Below are positions 26,569 through 35,212 of a stretch of DNA of 64,000 nucleotides, in pieces. The stretch is from NCBI GenBank assembly GCA_963761295.1, contig CAVXGG010000017.1, positions 103,057 through 167,056 of the forward strand, written 5' to 3'. Each line of letters begins with the position of its first letter. Positions within the stretch are counted from its first letter, which is position 1. The notes under the pieces were generated by a model, which did no database searches, had not been told where the DNA came from, and saw nothing but the letters and a program-made list of their open reading frames with translations. The stretch is from an uncultured beta proteobacterium (GTDB taxonomy: Bacteria > Pseudomonadota > Gammaproteobacteria > Burkholderiales > Burkholderiaceae_C). The position numbers and the translations under genes are program-made.

Positions 26569-29109
26569 CTACTTGGCAACAACTGCGCCGCGCGCCGAGG
26601 GCAACGGCGCGGCACGCAACAGAGAGGCCTGCAGCGAATCGGCCGCCACGGCCTCGGCGTCTACAACCATCGTGTCCATACGCGGCTGCGCGTTCGTATG
26701 CGCCGCCGGGTCGATCGCTGCCTCGATCAATCGATGCACACGCGCGGCGGTGCGATCCCAGGACGACGCACTCAGCAACTCGGCCGCCGCCCGGCCGTGT
26801 GGGGTGTCGGCCCATGCAGAGTGCGCAGCGGACGCCAACGCGTCGCGGCACGCATCGATGAACGCGGGCCCGGCGGGCGCGATGCGCACCGCACTACCGT
26901 ACAGCACCGCCACATCGCGCACCGGCGTGCTGACGACCGGCTTCTTGCCGGCAAGGTACTCGAGCGTCTTGGTCGGACTGATGAAGCGCGTCGCCTCGTT
27001 GATCGCGAACGGCATCAGACACACATCCCAACCCGCCAGCAGATGCGGCAGCCGTGCGTACGACTGCATGCCGAGCCAGTGGATGTTGGGACGGCGCGGC
27101 AACGTGTCCTGATCGATCTTGACGACCGGCCCAGCCAGCACGATCTGCCAGTCGGGTTCGGCGTCGGCCAGCGCGCCGAGCAGTGCGAGATCGAAGCGCT
27201 CGTCGATCACGCCGAAAAACCCAAATCTCGGGTGGGCGATGTATTGCTGCAGCCGCGCGGCTTCGTGTGCCTCGAAGCCGTGGAGGTCCAGACCAGCGGG
27301 CGCGAAATGTTCGGCTTCCACCGAGCTCGGCACGCAATGCACGTTCGGGTTGTACGCCCGCTTGGCCTCATACAGCGCGGGCCCACCGGTCAGCACCAGG
27401 TCGGCGGTGGCAAGCAGCCGTGCTTCGCGCTCGCGCAGTTGCGCGGGCGCATGCAGAAAGGCCGAAAGCTCGTCCATGCAGTCGTACACCACCGCTTTCG
27501 GCGTCAACGATTCCAGCATCGGCAGCGCCAGCGGTGTGTAGAGCCAAACTACGTAATCGGTGATGCCTTCGAGCGCGAGGTAGTCCTGCAACAGCGCTTG
27601 AATCTGCGGCATCTGCTCGTCGTTGAAGCCCGGCGCACCGGCGCGCGTGCGCGGCACCAGCACGTCGAGATTCGGGCCTTGCGCGGAGCGGTCCAGACAA
27701 GGTTCGCCATCGGTTGGCACCGGCTCTTCGATGAACACGATCTTGTAATCTCGGCTCAAACGCGACATCAGATGTTGCGGCCTCTGGTAGACGAACCCCC
27801 AGCGCAGGTGCGAGAAAACGATCAGATGCATCAACGGTCCTTGTGAATCGGTTGCGTCGGCCTGCAGTTGCGCCTGCCAACGATGAAGTGCCTGTGCATA
27901 GGGCAGATACAGGGTACGCGCCAGCCGATCCGGGGGGTCGGCAGCGTCGACGGATGGTGCAGTGGTGGACGTAGGTACGTCCGCTTTGCTGGCGGTGGCG
28001 GTGGCTATGTCCCAGAGTCCGCTGCGGTGCCAATGGCCTGGGTCTTCCCAATCGGGGCGATCGATCAACGGATACAGACACACGCCTTGCAGCGGCACGC
28101 CGTCTGCGCGCACGCGCAGCGCGTCGCCAGCGACTTCGTTGAACCAGGCGGTGCGACCATCACCCACATGGCTGGTCTCGGCCAGGATCATGGGGCGGTG
28201 ATAGCGCTGCCAGACGTCGCCGAGCAGAGCGCACAGCGGCCGTCGGCGCGGGTCCCGCCGGTGCCACCAAAGCCGCTCATCGCTGCCGTGCTCCCATTGG
28301 CCACTGTGGTAATGGTTCAAGCCGATCACGTCGAGCGCATCGGCACAACCGCCCAGCTGCGGCTCGAGCCGGCCGACCAGCATGTCCCACACCTGCCATT
28401 GATGCGCGATGGCTTGGTTGGCGACTTCTTGCAAATCGGGGCGATCGCCTGGCGGCACGACGTGGACGACCGGCTCCACCTGAATAAAGCGGGCTGAGGC
28501 GCCGTCCACTTGTCGGATCGCGTCCATTGCAGCCAGTGTGGCACGCACCAGCCGCTGCTTGACGTCGTAGCCGGCTGCTTGAGCAACCGCGGGATCGCTG
28601 CTGCCCAAGTAGGGATGCAGCAGATTGCTGCTCGTGGCCGCCCACGCAGTAAAGCCGATCTCGTTGACGACATTGAAAACCGGCGTGCCCACATGCCACG
28701 GCTGCAACGCGTCGGCCACGCGGGCGGCGAAGCGCGCGAGGCGCTCGCACAGCATATCGTCGAACAGGCTCAGGTTGGGTGGCATCCCATAATGCATCAG
28801 GGTCCAAACCACCTGCAGACCGTGTGCATGCGCGCTGCGCGCAGTGCGCAGCGCACGGCTCAGGTCGATGACTCCGGCGCTCGGCTCGCTCAAGCGCCAG
28901 CCGATGCTTTCACGCACCACGGCAATGCCCGCTCTGGCGGCGTTGCGATGGTCTTGCTCGACCCGTTCGCTGTGGCCGGTCGCCTGCCCCATGTCGAGCG
29001 GCAAACCGCGGCTGTTCACGTGGTCGGCGCCTTCGTAGCCGCCCATCCAGAAACCTCGAAACGGATGGATGTGTGGTGATCGACCGATGTCGTCGACGCC
29101 TGCGCTCAT
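26569..29109 (-). CDS. 846-codon ORF: N-terminal GH1-like (clan GH-A TIM-barrel) glycoside-hydrolase domain plus C-terminal family-1-type (GT-B) glycosyltransferase domain. As sequenced it is one ORF, but it may be two coupled genes.
   Basis: N-terminal half: 'FRGFWMGGYEGADHVNSRG...TGHSERVEQDHRNAARAGIAVVRESIGW', candidate acid/base 'FNVVNEIGF', candidate nucleophile 'MILAETSH'. From the Met at 27831: 'MHLIVFSHLRWGFVYQRPQHLMSRLS...VYDCMDELSAF...LVLTGGPALYE...FGFFGVIDERFD...LMPFAINEATRFISPTKTLEYLAGKKPVVSTPV', the glf-associated GT family that normally begins exactly at this Met. The start overlaps the GT4 stop (ATGA). Confidence 0.75.
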   Translation of the reverse strand: MSAGVDDIGRSPHIHPFRGFWMGGYEGADHVNSRGLPLDMGQATGHSERVEQDHRNAARAGIAVVRESIGWRLSEPSAGVIDLSRALRTARSAHAHGLQVVWTLMHYGMPPNLSLFDDMLCERLARFAARVADALQPWHVGTPVFNVVNEIGFTAWAATSSNLLHPYLGSSDPAVAQAAGYDVKQRLVRATLAAMDAIRQVDGASARFIQVEPVVHVVPPGDRPDLQEVANQAIAHQWQVWDMLVGRLEPQLGGCADALDVIGLNHYHSGQWEHGSDERLWWHRRDPRRRPLCALLGDVWQRYHRPMILAETSHVGDGRTAWFNEVAGDALRVRADGVPLQGVCLYPLIDRPDWEDPGHWHRSGLWDIATATASKADVPTSTTAPSVDAADPPDRLARTLYLPYAQALHRWQAQLQADATDSQGPLMHLIVFSHLRWGFVYQRPQHLMSRLSRDYKIVFIEEPVPTDGEPCLDRSAQGPNLDVLVPRTRAGAPGFNDEQMPQIQALLQDYLALEGITDYVVWLYTPLALPMLESLTPKAVVYDCMDELSAFLHAPAQLREREARLLATADLVLTGGPALYEAKRAYNPNVHCVPSSVEAEHFAPAGLDLHGFEAHEAARLQQYIAHPRFGFFGVIDERFDLALLGALADAEPDWQIVLAGPVVKIDQDTLPRRPNIHWLGMQSYARLPHLLAGWDVCLMPFAINEATRFISPTKTLEYLAGKKPVVSTPVRDVAVLYGSAVRIAPAGPAFIDACRDALASAAHSAWADTPHGRAAAELLSASSWDRTAARVHRLIEAAIDPAAHTNAQPRMDTMVVDAEAVAADSLQASLLRAAPLPSARGAVVAK

Positions 29110-30332
29110 TGCGTCTGACTCAGTGCGCTGCCGTTTTGCACGGCGCGTGGCCGCTGCGGCACCGACGTGTCATCGACCGCGGCGGTCGGCATGGTCGTCG
29201 CCATGTAGGCCAGCGGCTGCACAGGTGCGGTTGCGACGATGCGCGTCATCAACTGCTCGACCCGTGCCGTACTGGCCTGGGTGCCCAGTCGGGCGAGCGC
29301 ATGCGTGCGTGCGTGCTGGCCCATGTCCGCACGCGCAGCCGGGTCGGCCAGCAGCCCGGCCGCACGACTGGCAATGTCTTCGAAGTCGCCCGGGCCGACC
29401 AGCCAGCCGGTCTGCCCGTGCACCACGATCTCGGGCACGCCGCCGACGCGGGCGGCGACCACGGGCAGTCCGCTGGACATCGCCTCCATCACGGCCAGCG
29501 GCATCGCCTCCGAATGCGAGCTGCTGATGGTCAGGTCGAGGTCCTGGTAGACAGCCGGCATATCGCGCACGAGTCCGGCGAAATGCACGTGGCCGGACAG
29601 CCGCAGTTTCTTCACCAGTTGGCGCAGCCCGGCTTCCATCGGCCCTTCGCCAACCAGCACACAATGCGCTGGTGGATGAAGGGCCTTGAGCAGCATGGCA
29701 GCGCGCACGAACACTTCGGGGCCCTTCTCAGGCGACAGGCGGCCGATGAAGCCCACCAGCGGCACGGCGTCGTCCAGCCGCAACGCATCGCGCAGCACAC
29801 GCGAGCGCCGCTCGGCCGGCTGAAATCGATCCGTATCGACGCCATTGGTCTCGCAGCTAAGCAGCTCGGGCGCGGCGCCCAGCGCCAGCGCATGGAAGTG
29901 GCTGTGGCGGCACACCACGCTCACATGCGTCGAGCAGGTCCGGTGCACTTCCAGATCGAGCGTCGTCATTTGCCGACCGTGAATCGTCGTCAGCACCGGC
30001 CGGCCAGTGAGGCGGCCGACCAGCCCGGCCAGCACATGGGCGTTCGGCAGGTGGGCGTGCAGCAGATCGATGTGCTGCGATTTGACGAGCGTGGTGGCCG
30101 CCTGGATCGAATCCCACAGCGGGCTCTCGGGCATCGGCACGATCGTGACGTCGATGCCGGCGGTGCGCAGCCGGTCGGTGAACGCGCTCTCGAACGGGCA
30201 CAGCGCTTCGACCTGGAAGCGCTCGGCCGGCAGCCGCGTCACGAGCTGTTCGACCCAGCTTTCCATACCGCCGACGATGGCATTGCCGATCACTTCGAGC
30301 ACACGGATTTTTTTGTTTGACAGAACACGCAT
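29106..30332 (-). CDS. Glycosyltransferase, GT4 (group 1) family
   Basis: Uninterrupted 408-aa ORF: 'IRVLEVIGNAIVGGMESWV', 'FIGRLSPEKGPEVFVRAA', 'VLVGEGPM', 'SSSHSEAMPLAVMEAMSSGLPVVAARVGGVPEIVVHGQTGWLV' (the E-x7-E region). Confidence 0.88.
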   Translation of the reverse strand: MRVLSNKKIRVLEVIGNAIVGGMESWVEQLVTRLPAERFQVEALCPFESAFTDRLRTAGIDVTIVPMPESPLWDSIQAATTLVKSQHIDLLHAHLPNAHVLAGLVGRLTGRPVLTTIHGRQMTTLDLEVHRTCSTHVSVVCRHSHFHALALGAAPELLSCETNGVDTDRFQPAERRSRVLRDALRLDDAVPLVGFIGRLSPEKGPEVFVRAAMLLKALHPPAHCVLVGEGPMEAGLRQLVKKLRLSGHVHFAGLVRDMPAVYQDLDLTISSSHSEAMPLAVMEAMSSGLPVVAARVGGVPEIVVHGQTGWLVGPGDFEDIASRAAGLLADPAARADMGQHARTHALARLGTQASTARVEQLMTRIVATAPVQPLAYMATTMPTAAVDDTSVPQRPRAVQNGSALSQTQ

Positions 30333-30468
30333 TAGGCATCAGCAACAGAAGCGCCGCATTTGCAGCGGACCAGAGCCACTCTTCCACGACAACGGCGCGC
30401 CTTCATCCACCGCCTGCGTCGAGTGCGCTCGCGAAGCCACTGGCGAGGCGAGCCGCATGGAAGGCACC

Positions 30469-31275
30469 TCACGGCCAAGCCAAGCGGCGGCCGTACCGCT
30501 CCAGATGGCATCGCGCGCGGGGGCGTCCAAGGCCCAGCGCATCGAGCAGGTCGACGAGCCACCCCTTGCGTTCGCGGATCTGGGCGCCGCTGCACGGCAG
30601 GAAGCAATCACTCGCATACTGCAACAAGCCCGGACCGAGCACGTCGAGCGCCCGTCGCAGCACCTCGAGTCGGTACGGCGGCGGCGGGCCGAACGACAGG
30701 TCGAAGCGGAACGCCGCCTGCGCATCGGGCACCCCGTGGATGCGGTCGATCAGCCCCACCGCGATGGCCTCATCGGTCCAGGGCCAACCCAGATGCGCCA
30801 ACGTCACGCGCACACCTGGGTGGGCACGCAGCGCTTCGAAAAACGTGGGTCGGCAAAAGCGACCCGATCGACCATCGATAAAGATGCCGCTGTGAAACAA
30901 CAGCGGCAGCCGCAAGGCCGCCGCTTCAGCAAACACTGGCTGCACCGCGTCGTCATACGGGTACCAGCCACTTGGCACCATCTTCAAGCCGGACAGGCCC
31001 GCATCAATGGCCCGCCGCACTTCGGCCACCGCGCCTGTGGCGAGCGGGTTGACCACCCCGAGCCCGACCAGCCGATCGCCGTGGCCTTTGACCAGCGCCG
31101 CCAGATGCGAATTCGCGCGCACCAGTGACGCGGGGTCGTCGAGCGAAAAACCATCGGACAGAAACGGCGCAAGCAATACCCCGATGTCGACCTCCGCATC
31201 GTCAAGCGTCTGCAAAACGTCCGAGATTCGCTCCTGGCCGGTGCAGTGAAGATGCGCGTCAATGACAAAGGTCAT
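30469..31275 (-). CDS. Metal-dependent amidohydrolase-fold (Amidohydro_2-like TIM-barrel) hydrolase
   Basis: In frame within ORF 30469..31527 from ATG 31275: 'MTFVIDAHLHCTG' (H-x-H), 'GLKMVPSGWY', 'LPLLFHSG', 'VTLAHLGWPW', 'YASDCF'. The last 25 or so codons look out of frame (see finding 30469-30560), so the 3' end is uncertain. Confidence 0.75.
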   Translation of the reverse strand: MTFVIDAHLHCTGQERISDVLQTLDDAEVDIGVLLAPFLSDGFSLDDPASLVRANSHLAALVKGHGDRLVGLGVVNPLATGAVAEVRRAIDAGLSGLKMVPSGWYPYDDAVQPVFAEAAALRLPLLFHSGIFIDGRSGRFCRPTFFEALRAHPGVRVTLAHLGWPWTDEAIAVGLIDRIHGVPDAQAAFRFDLSFGPPPPYRLEVLRRALDVLGPGLLQYASDCFLPCSGAQIRERKGWLVDLLDALGLGRPRARCHLERYGRRLAWP

Positions 31276-31609
31276 GAAAGGCAATGGGGTTGTTCGGGAT
31301 GGGGCTGATGGCTTGCTGCCCACGTTGGCAAACGCCATGCCCATGCCGGGCTGCTGCATGACTTGCATTTCAACGGGCATGGCAAGCGGTACAGACGCGC
31401 TCGCGAGCGAAAAAGGCGCGTGCGCCCGCGGCCGCCCGTTGTGGCTCTTGGCTGTTGGTTTTCTATTCGCGATTCGCAAGCATTGAAGCAACCGGGCTGC
31501 AACGCGTTCAAGACCTCTGGGTGACAACTAGACTTGAACGAGACAGCTTGTGCGGCACCCGGAGCAACTCACCCTGTCAACCTCGTATCTTTCCGTCCTG
31601 TCGCCCTTG

Positions 31610-34255
31610 ATGACTCCCGATCCAGATTCGCGCGGCATGGTCCGCGTGCGCGGCGCCCGCGAGCACAACCTCAAAAACGTCGACATCGACATCCCGCGCG
31701 ATGCGTTGGTGGTGTTCACGGGGATTTCCGGCTCCGGCAAATCCTCGCTCGCTTTCGGCACCCTGTTTGCCGAAGCGCAGCGCCGCTACCTGGAATCGGT
31801 GGCGCCGTACGCACGCCGCCTGATCGTGCAGGCCGGCGTCCCGCAGGTCGACAGCATCGAAGGCCTGCCGCCGGCGGTGGCGTTGCAGCAGCAGCGTGGG
31901 GTGCCCAGCACGCGTTCTTCCGTGGGCAGCGTGGCAGCCTTGTCGAGCCTGCTGCGCCTGCTCTACTCGCGCGCTGGTCGCTACCCCGACCACCAACCGA
32001 TGCTGTATGCGGAAGACTTCTCTCCCAATACGTTGCAGGGCGCCTGCCCGCGCTGCCACGGGCAGGGCAAGACGTACGAAGTGACCGAGCAGTCGATGGT
32101 GCCCGACGACACGCTGACCATCCGCGAACGTGCCGTGGCCGCATGGCCGAGCGCCTGGCAGGGGCAGAACCTGCGCGATATTCTGACCACGCTGGGTCAT
32201 GACGTGGACGTGCCCTGGCGAAAGCTGCCTAAAAAGCTGCGCGACTGGATCCTGTTCACCGACGAGCAGCCCACCGTGCCCGTGTTCGCGGGTTACACCC
32301 GCGCCGAGGCGCAGGACGCGGTCCGGCGCAAGCTCGTGCCCAGCTACATGGGCACGTTCACCGGCGCGCGGCGCTATGTGCTGCACACCTTCGCGAACAG
32401 CCCGAGCGCACTGATGAAAAAGCGCGTGGCGCAGTTCATGGTGGGCACCGTCTGCCCGCTGTGCCAGGGCAAGCGGCTCAAGCCCGAGGCGCTGACGGTC
32501 ACCTTCGCGGGGCTCGACATCGGCAGCTTGTCGCAGCTGCCGCTTATCGCGCTCGCCGAACGGCTGCGCCCCGCTGCCGAAGGCCGGCTGGGCGAAGAAG
32601 AAGCGCCGGCCGCTGCCAGCAGCCCGACGGGAAAGCGACGTGCTACCACCCACACCGCGCATGTGGCCGCGCCCGATGTGCATCGCACCCCTTGGCGGTC
32701 CGAAGAGAAGGTGATCGCGGCCCAGCGGCTGGCCACCGATCTGCGCCAGCGCGTGCGCGCGTTGATCGATCTGGGGCTCGGTTATCTGTCGCTCGACCGC
32801 ACCACACCCACACTCTCGCCGGGCGAGCTGCAACGCCTGCGGCTCGCGTCGCAGTTGTCCTCGCATCTGTTCGGGGTGGTATATGTGCTGGACGAGCCAT
32901 CGGCCGGCTTGCATCCCGCGGACGGCGAGGCGCTGCTGACCGCATTGCAGGGCTTGAAAGCCGCGGGCAATTCGCTGTTCGTGGTGGAGCACGATGTGGC
33001 CACCATGCGCCGCGCCGACTGGTTGGTGGACGTCGGGCCAGCCGCCGGCGAGCACGGCGGCGAAGTGCTCTACAGTGGCCCGCCCGAAGGCCTGGCCGGA
33101 GTCGAACGCTCACAGACGCGGCGCTATCTGTTCGGGGCTGCAGCCGCAGGCGTCAGGCTACAGCGAACGCCGCGCCGCCCTGAGGGCTGGCTGCGGCTGG
33201 AAGGCATCACCCGCAACAATCTGCAAGGACTCGATGTCGCTTTTCCGCTGGCCTGCATGACGGCGGTTACCGGCGTCTCGGGCTCCGGCAAATCGAGCTT
33301 GGTGAGTCAGGCGCTGCTGGAGCTGGTGTCGGCTCATCTGGGGCGCCCCTGGAAGGCGGATGCAGAGGAAGAAGCCGGTGCGGTGGCCCATGATGCCGAA
33401 GGGCTTTCAGACGACGTCTGGCCGATGGTCACGCCGCTGGCCGGCCGCATCGCAGCCGGCGGCGAACGCATCCAGCGTCTGGTGCAGGTGGACCAAAAAC
33501 CCATCGGCCGCACACCGCGCTCCAACCTCGCGACCTACACCGGGCTCTTCGACACCGTGCGCAAGTTGTTCGCCGCCACCCCGGCCGCGCGCAAGCGCCA
33601 TTACGACGCTGGGCGCTTTTCGTTCAACGTCGCCAAGGGGCGCTGCGAGGTCTGCGAAGGCGAAGGCTTCGTGAGTGTGGAGCTGCTCTTCATGCCAAGC
33701 GTGTACGCACCCTGCTCCGCCTGCCACGGTGCGCGCTACAACCCGGCTACGCTGGAGATTCTGTGGAACGGGCTGTCGATTGCCGACGTGCTGAACCTGA
33801 CCGTGGAAGCGGCCTGCACGGCATTCGCCGACGAACCGCAGGTGTTGCGCTCGCTCAGCGTGCTGCGCGACATCGGCCTGGGCTACTTGCGGCTCGGCCA
33901 GCCGGCCACGGAACTCAGCGGCGGCGAGGCGCAGCGCATCAAGCTCGCCACCGAACTGCAGCGCCAGCAGCCGCGCGGCCGCACGCTGTATGTGCTGGAC
34001 GAGCCCACCACCGGCCTGCACCCGGCCGACGTCGATCGCCTGTTGGTCCAGCTCGAAGGTCTGGCCGCCGCTGGCAACACCGTGGTCGTGGTCGAGCATG
34101 ACATGCGCATGGTGGCCGCGTGCGACTGGGTGATCGACATCGGGCCTGGGGCGGGCGAGCGGGGCGGCCGCATCGTGGCCCAGGGCACGCCGGCCGAAGT
34201 GGCGGCCGCACCGGACAGCCGGACCGCGCCTTACTTGGGACTTGCACTTCAATGA
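31610..34255 (+). CDS. UvrA paralogue (excinuclease ABC subunit A family) lacking the UvrB-binding domain
   Basis: In frame within ORF 31550..34255; the start is assumed at '[49 protein letters not shown]'. Only about 25 residues separate '[10 protein letters not shown]' from '[17 protein letters not shown]', where E. coli UvrA carries about 150 residues (Zn module 1 plus the UvrB-binding domain). Also present: the second ATPase '[12 protein letters not shown]', signature '[12 protein letters not shown]', and the C-terminal zinc finger '[33 protein letters not shown]'. Uninterrupted. Confidence 0.88.
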   Translation: MTPDPDSRGMVRVRGAREHNLKNVDIDIPRDALVVFTGISGSGKSSLAFGTLFAEAQRRYLESVAPYARRLIVQAGVPQVDSIEGLPPAVALQQQRGVPSTRSSVGSVAALSSLLRLLYSRAGRYPDHQPMLYAEDFSPNTLQGACPRCHGQGKTYEVTEQSMVPDDTLTIRERAVAAWPSAWQGQNLRDILTTLGHDVDVPWRKLPKKLRDWILFTDEQPTVPVFAGYTRAEAQDAVRRKLVPSYMGTFTGARRYVLHTFANSPSALMKKRVAQFMVGTVCPLCQGKRLKPEALTVTFAGLDIGSLSQLPLIALAERLRPAAEGRLGEEEAPAAASSPTGKRRATTHTAHVAAPDVHRTPWRSEEKVIAAQRLATDLRQRVRALIDLGLGYLSLDRTTPTLSPGELQRLRLASQLSSHLFGVVYVLDEPSAGLHPADGEALLTALQGLKAAGNSLFVVEHDVATMRRADWLVDVGPAAGEHGGEVLYSGPPEGLAGVERSQTRRYLFGAAAAGVRLQRTPRRPEGWLRLEGITRNNLQGLDVAFPLACMTAVTGVSGSGKSSLVSQALLELVSAHLGRPWKADAEEEAGAVAHDAEGLSDDVWPMVTPLAGRIAAGGERIQRLVQVDQKPIGRTPRSNLATYTGLFDTVRKLFAATPAARKRHYDAGRFSFNVAKGRCEVCEGEGFVSVELLFMPSVYAPCSACHGARYNPATLEILWNGLSIADVLNLTVEAACTAFADEPQVLRSLSVLRDIGLGYLRLGQPATELSGGEAQRIKLATELQRQQPRGRTLYVLDEPTTGLHPADVDRLLVQLEGLAAAGNTVVVVEHDMRMVAACDWVIDIGPGAGERGGRIVAQGTPAEVAAAPDSRTAPYLGLALQ

Positions 34256-34326
34256 CCTGAGGAAATTCTGCATAACCCGCGCCCGTCTCTGCCAGTCAGC
34301 GAGGTTGCGTGGCCTCCTCTTGTCTC

Positions 34327-34608
34327 ATGAAGCAAGCAAGTCTTGAGTTGAAGCTGTCTGCCGAGATGACCCGCAAGCGCGAGTTCCTCGATCGGATGGG
34401 ACGCGTCGTGCCTCGGGCCGCACTGGTTGAACCGATCGCGCCGCACTGTTCGCAAGGAAAGAACGGTCGGCCGCCTTTCGCGCCGGAGACGATGCTGCGC
34501 GTGCACTTCATGCAGCAGTGGTTCAGCCTATCAGACCCAGCCATGGAACAGGCGTTCTTCGACACGCCGCTGTACCGCGAGTTTGCGCAACTCGAGGCGT
34601 TTGGCTGA
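34327..34608 (+). mobile_element. IS5-family transposase, N-terminal fragment
   Basis: ORF 34309..34608 from the Met at 34327: 'MKQASLELKLSAEMTRKREFLDRMGRVVPRAALVEPIAPHCSQGKNGRPPFAPETMLRVHFMQQWFSLSDPAMEQAFFDTPLYREFAQLEAFG*'. This is a typical IS5-group N-terminus that stops where the DDE domain should begin. Confidence 0.75.
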
Positions 34609-34673
34609 ATCGCCCCGGGTTTTCTAGACACCTTCGAGCCTCAAACGTGAGGCATCAATGGGAGGTGCAGATA

Positions 34674-34817
34674 TACCCGACGCGCGGCGACGCCAGAATC
34701 GACGTCTTCAGCTACATCGACATGTTCTACAACCCAACCCGGCGACACGGCACTGCCGGTGACCTCTCGCCGGTGGAGTTCGAACAACGCCATTCCCAAC
34801 GGCTCACAAGTGTCTAG
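34674..34817 (+). mobile_element. IS3-family transposase (OrfB), extreme C-terminal fragment
   Basis: Tail of ORF 34518..34817: 'YPTRGDARIDVFSYIDMFYNPTRRHGTAGDLSPVEFEQRH'. Confidence 0.7.
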
Positions 34818-34847
34818 GGAATTCGGGGCGATTCACTGCCGGCCAGC

Positions 34848-35039
34848 ATGTCGGCCAAGGTGCTGGCGCTCAACGAGATGATCGCGCAAGGCAAACGCCC
34901 GGCCGAGCGGGCGCGCCTGATGGACACCCGTCCGCAGGAGGTCTCACGCCTGAAGGAGCTGCATCATCCAACCAAGATCGACACGATCGCTGCAGCCTTG
35001 CAAGCGATAGGCAGGCGGCTCCATATCCGGCTGGTCTGA
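34848..35039 (+). CDS. Small HTH protein resembling the C-terminal DNA-binding half of HicB/XRE-type antitoxins; probably a remnant
   Basis: 63-aa ORF: 'AKVLALNEMIAQGKRPAERARLMDTRPQEVSRLKELHHPTKIDTIAAALQAIGRRLHIRLV'. There is no partner toxin, and it lies directly after the IS scars. Confidence 0.4.
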   Translation: MSAKVLALNEMIAQGKRPAERARLMDTRPQEVSRLKELHHPTKIDTIAAALQAIGRRLHIRLV

Positions 35040-35212
35040 AGGGGTTGGCCGCCGCCTGAGCGGTTGCGTGGGTCGGCTATCGGGACACGGCGAAGCCGAT
35101 TTCCCAAGACTTTCTTTCATTCCGGTTTTTGCGAACCCACCGATCGGCATTTCGCGGCGCCGAAGGCCAGCGGCTCGTTTAACCTGCTCCGTTTGTCCAC
35201 GCCGTCGCATTC

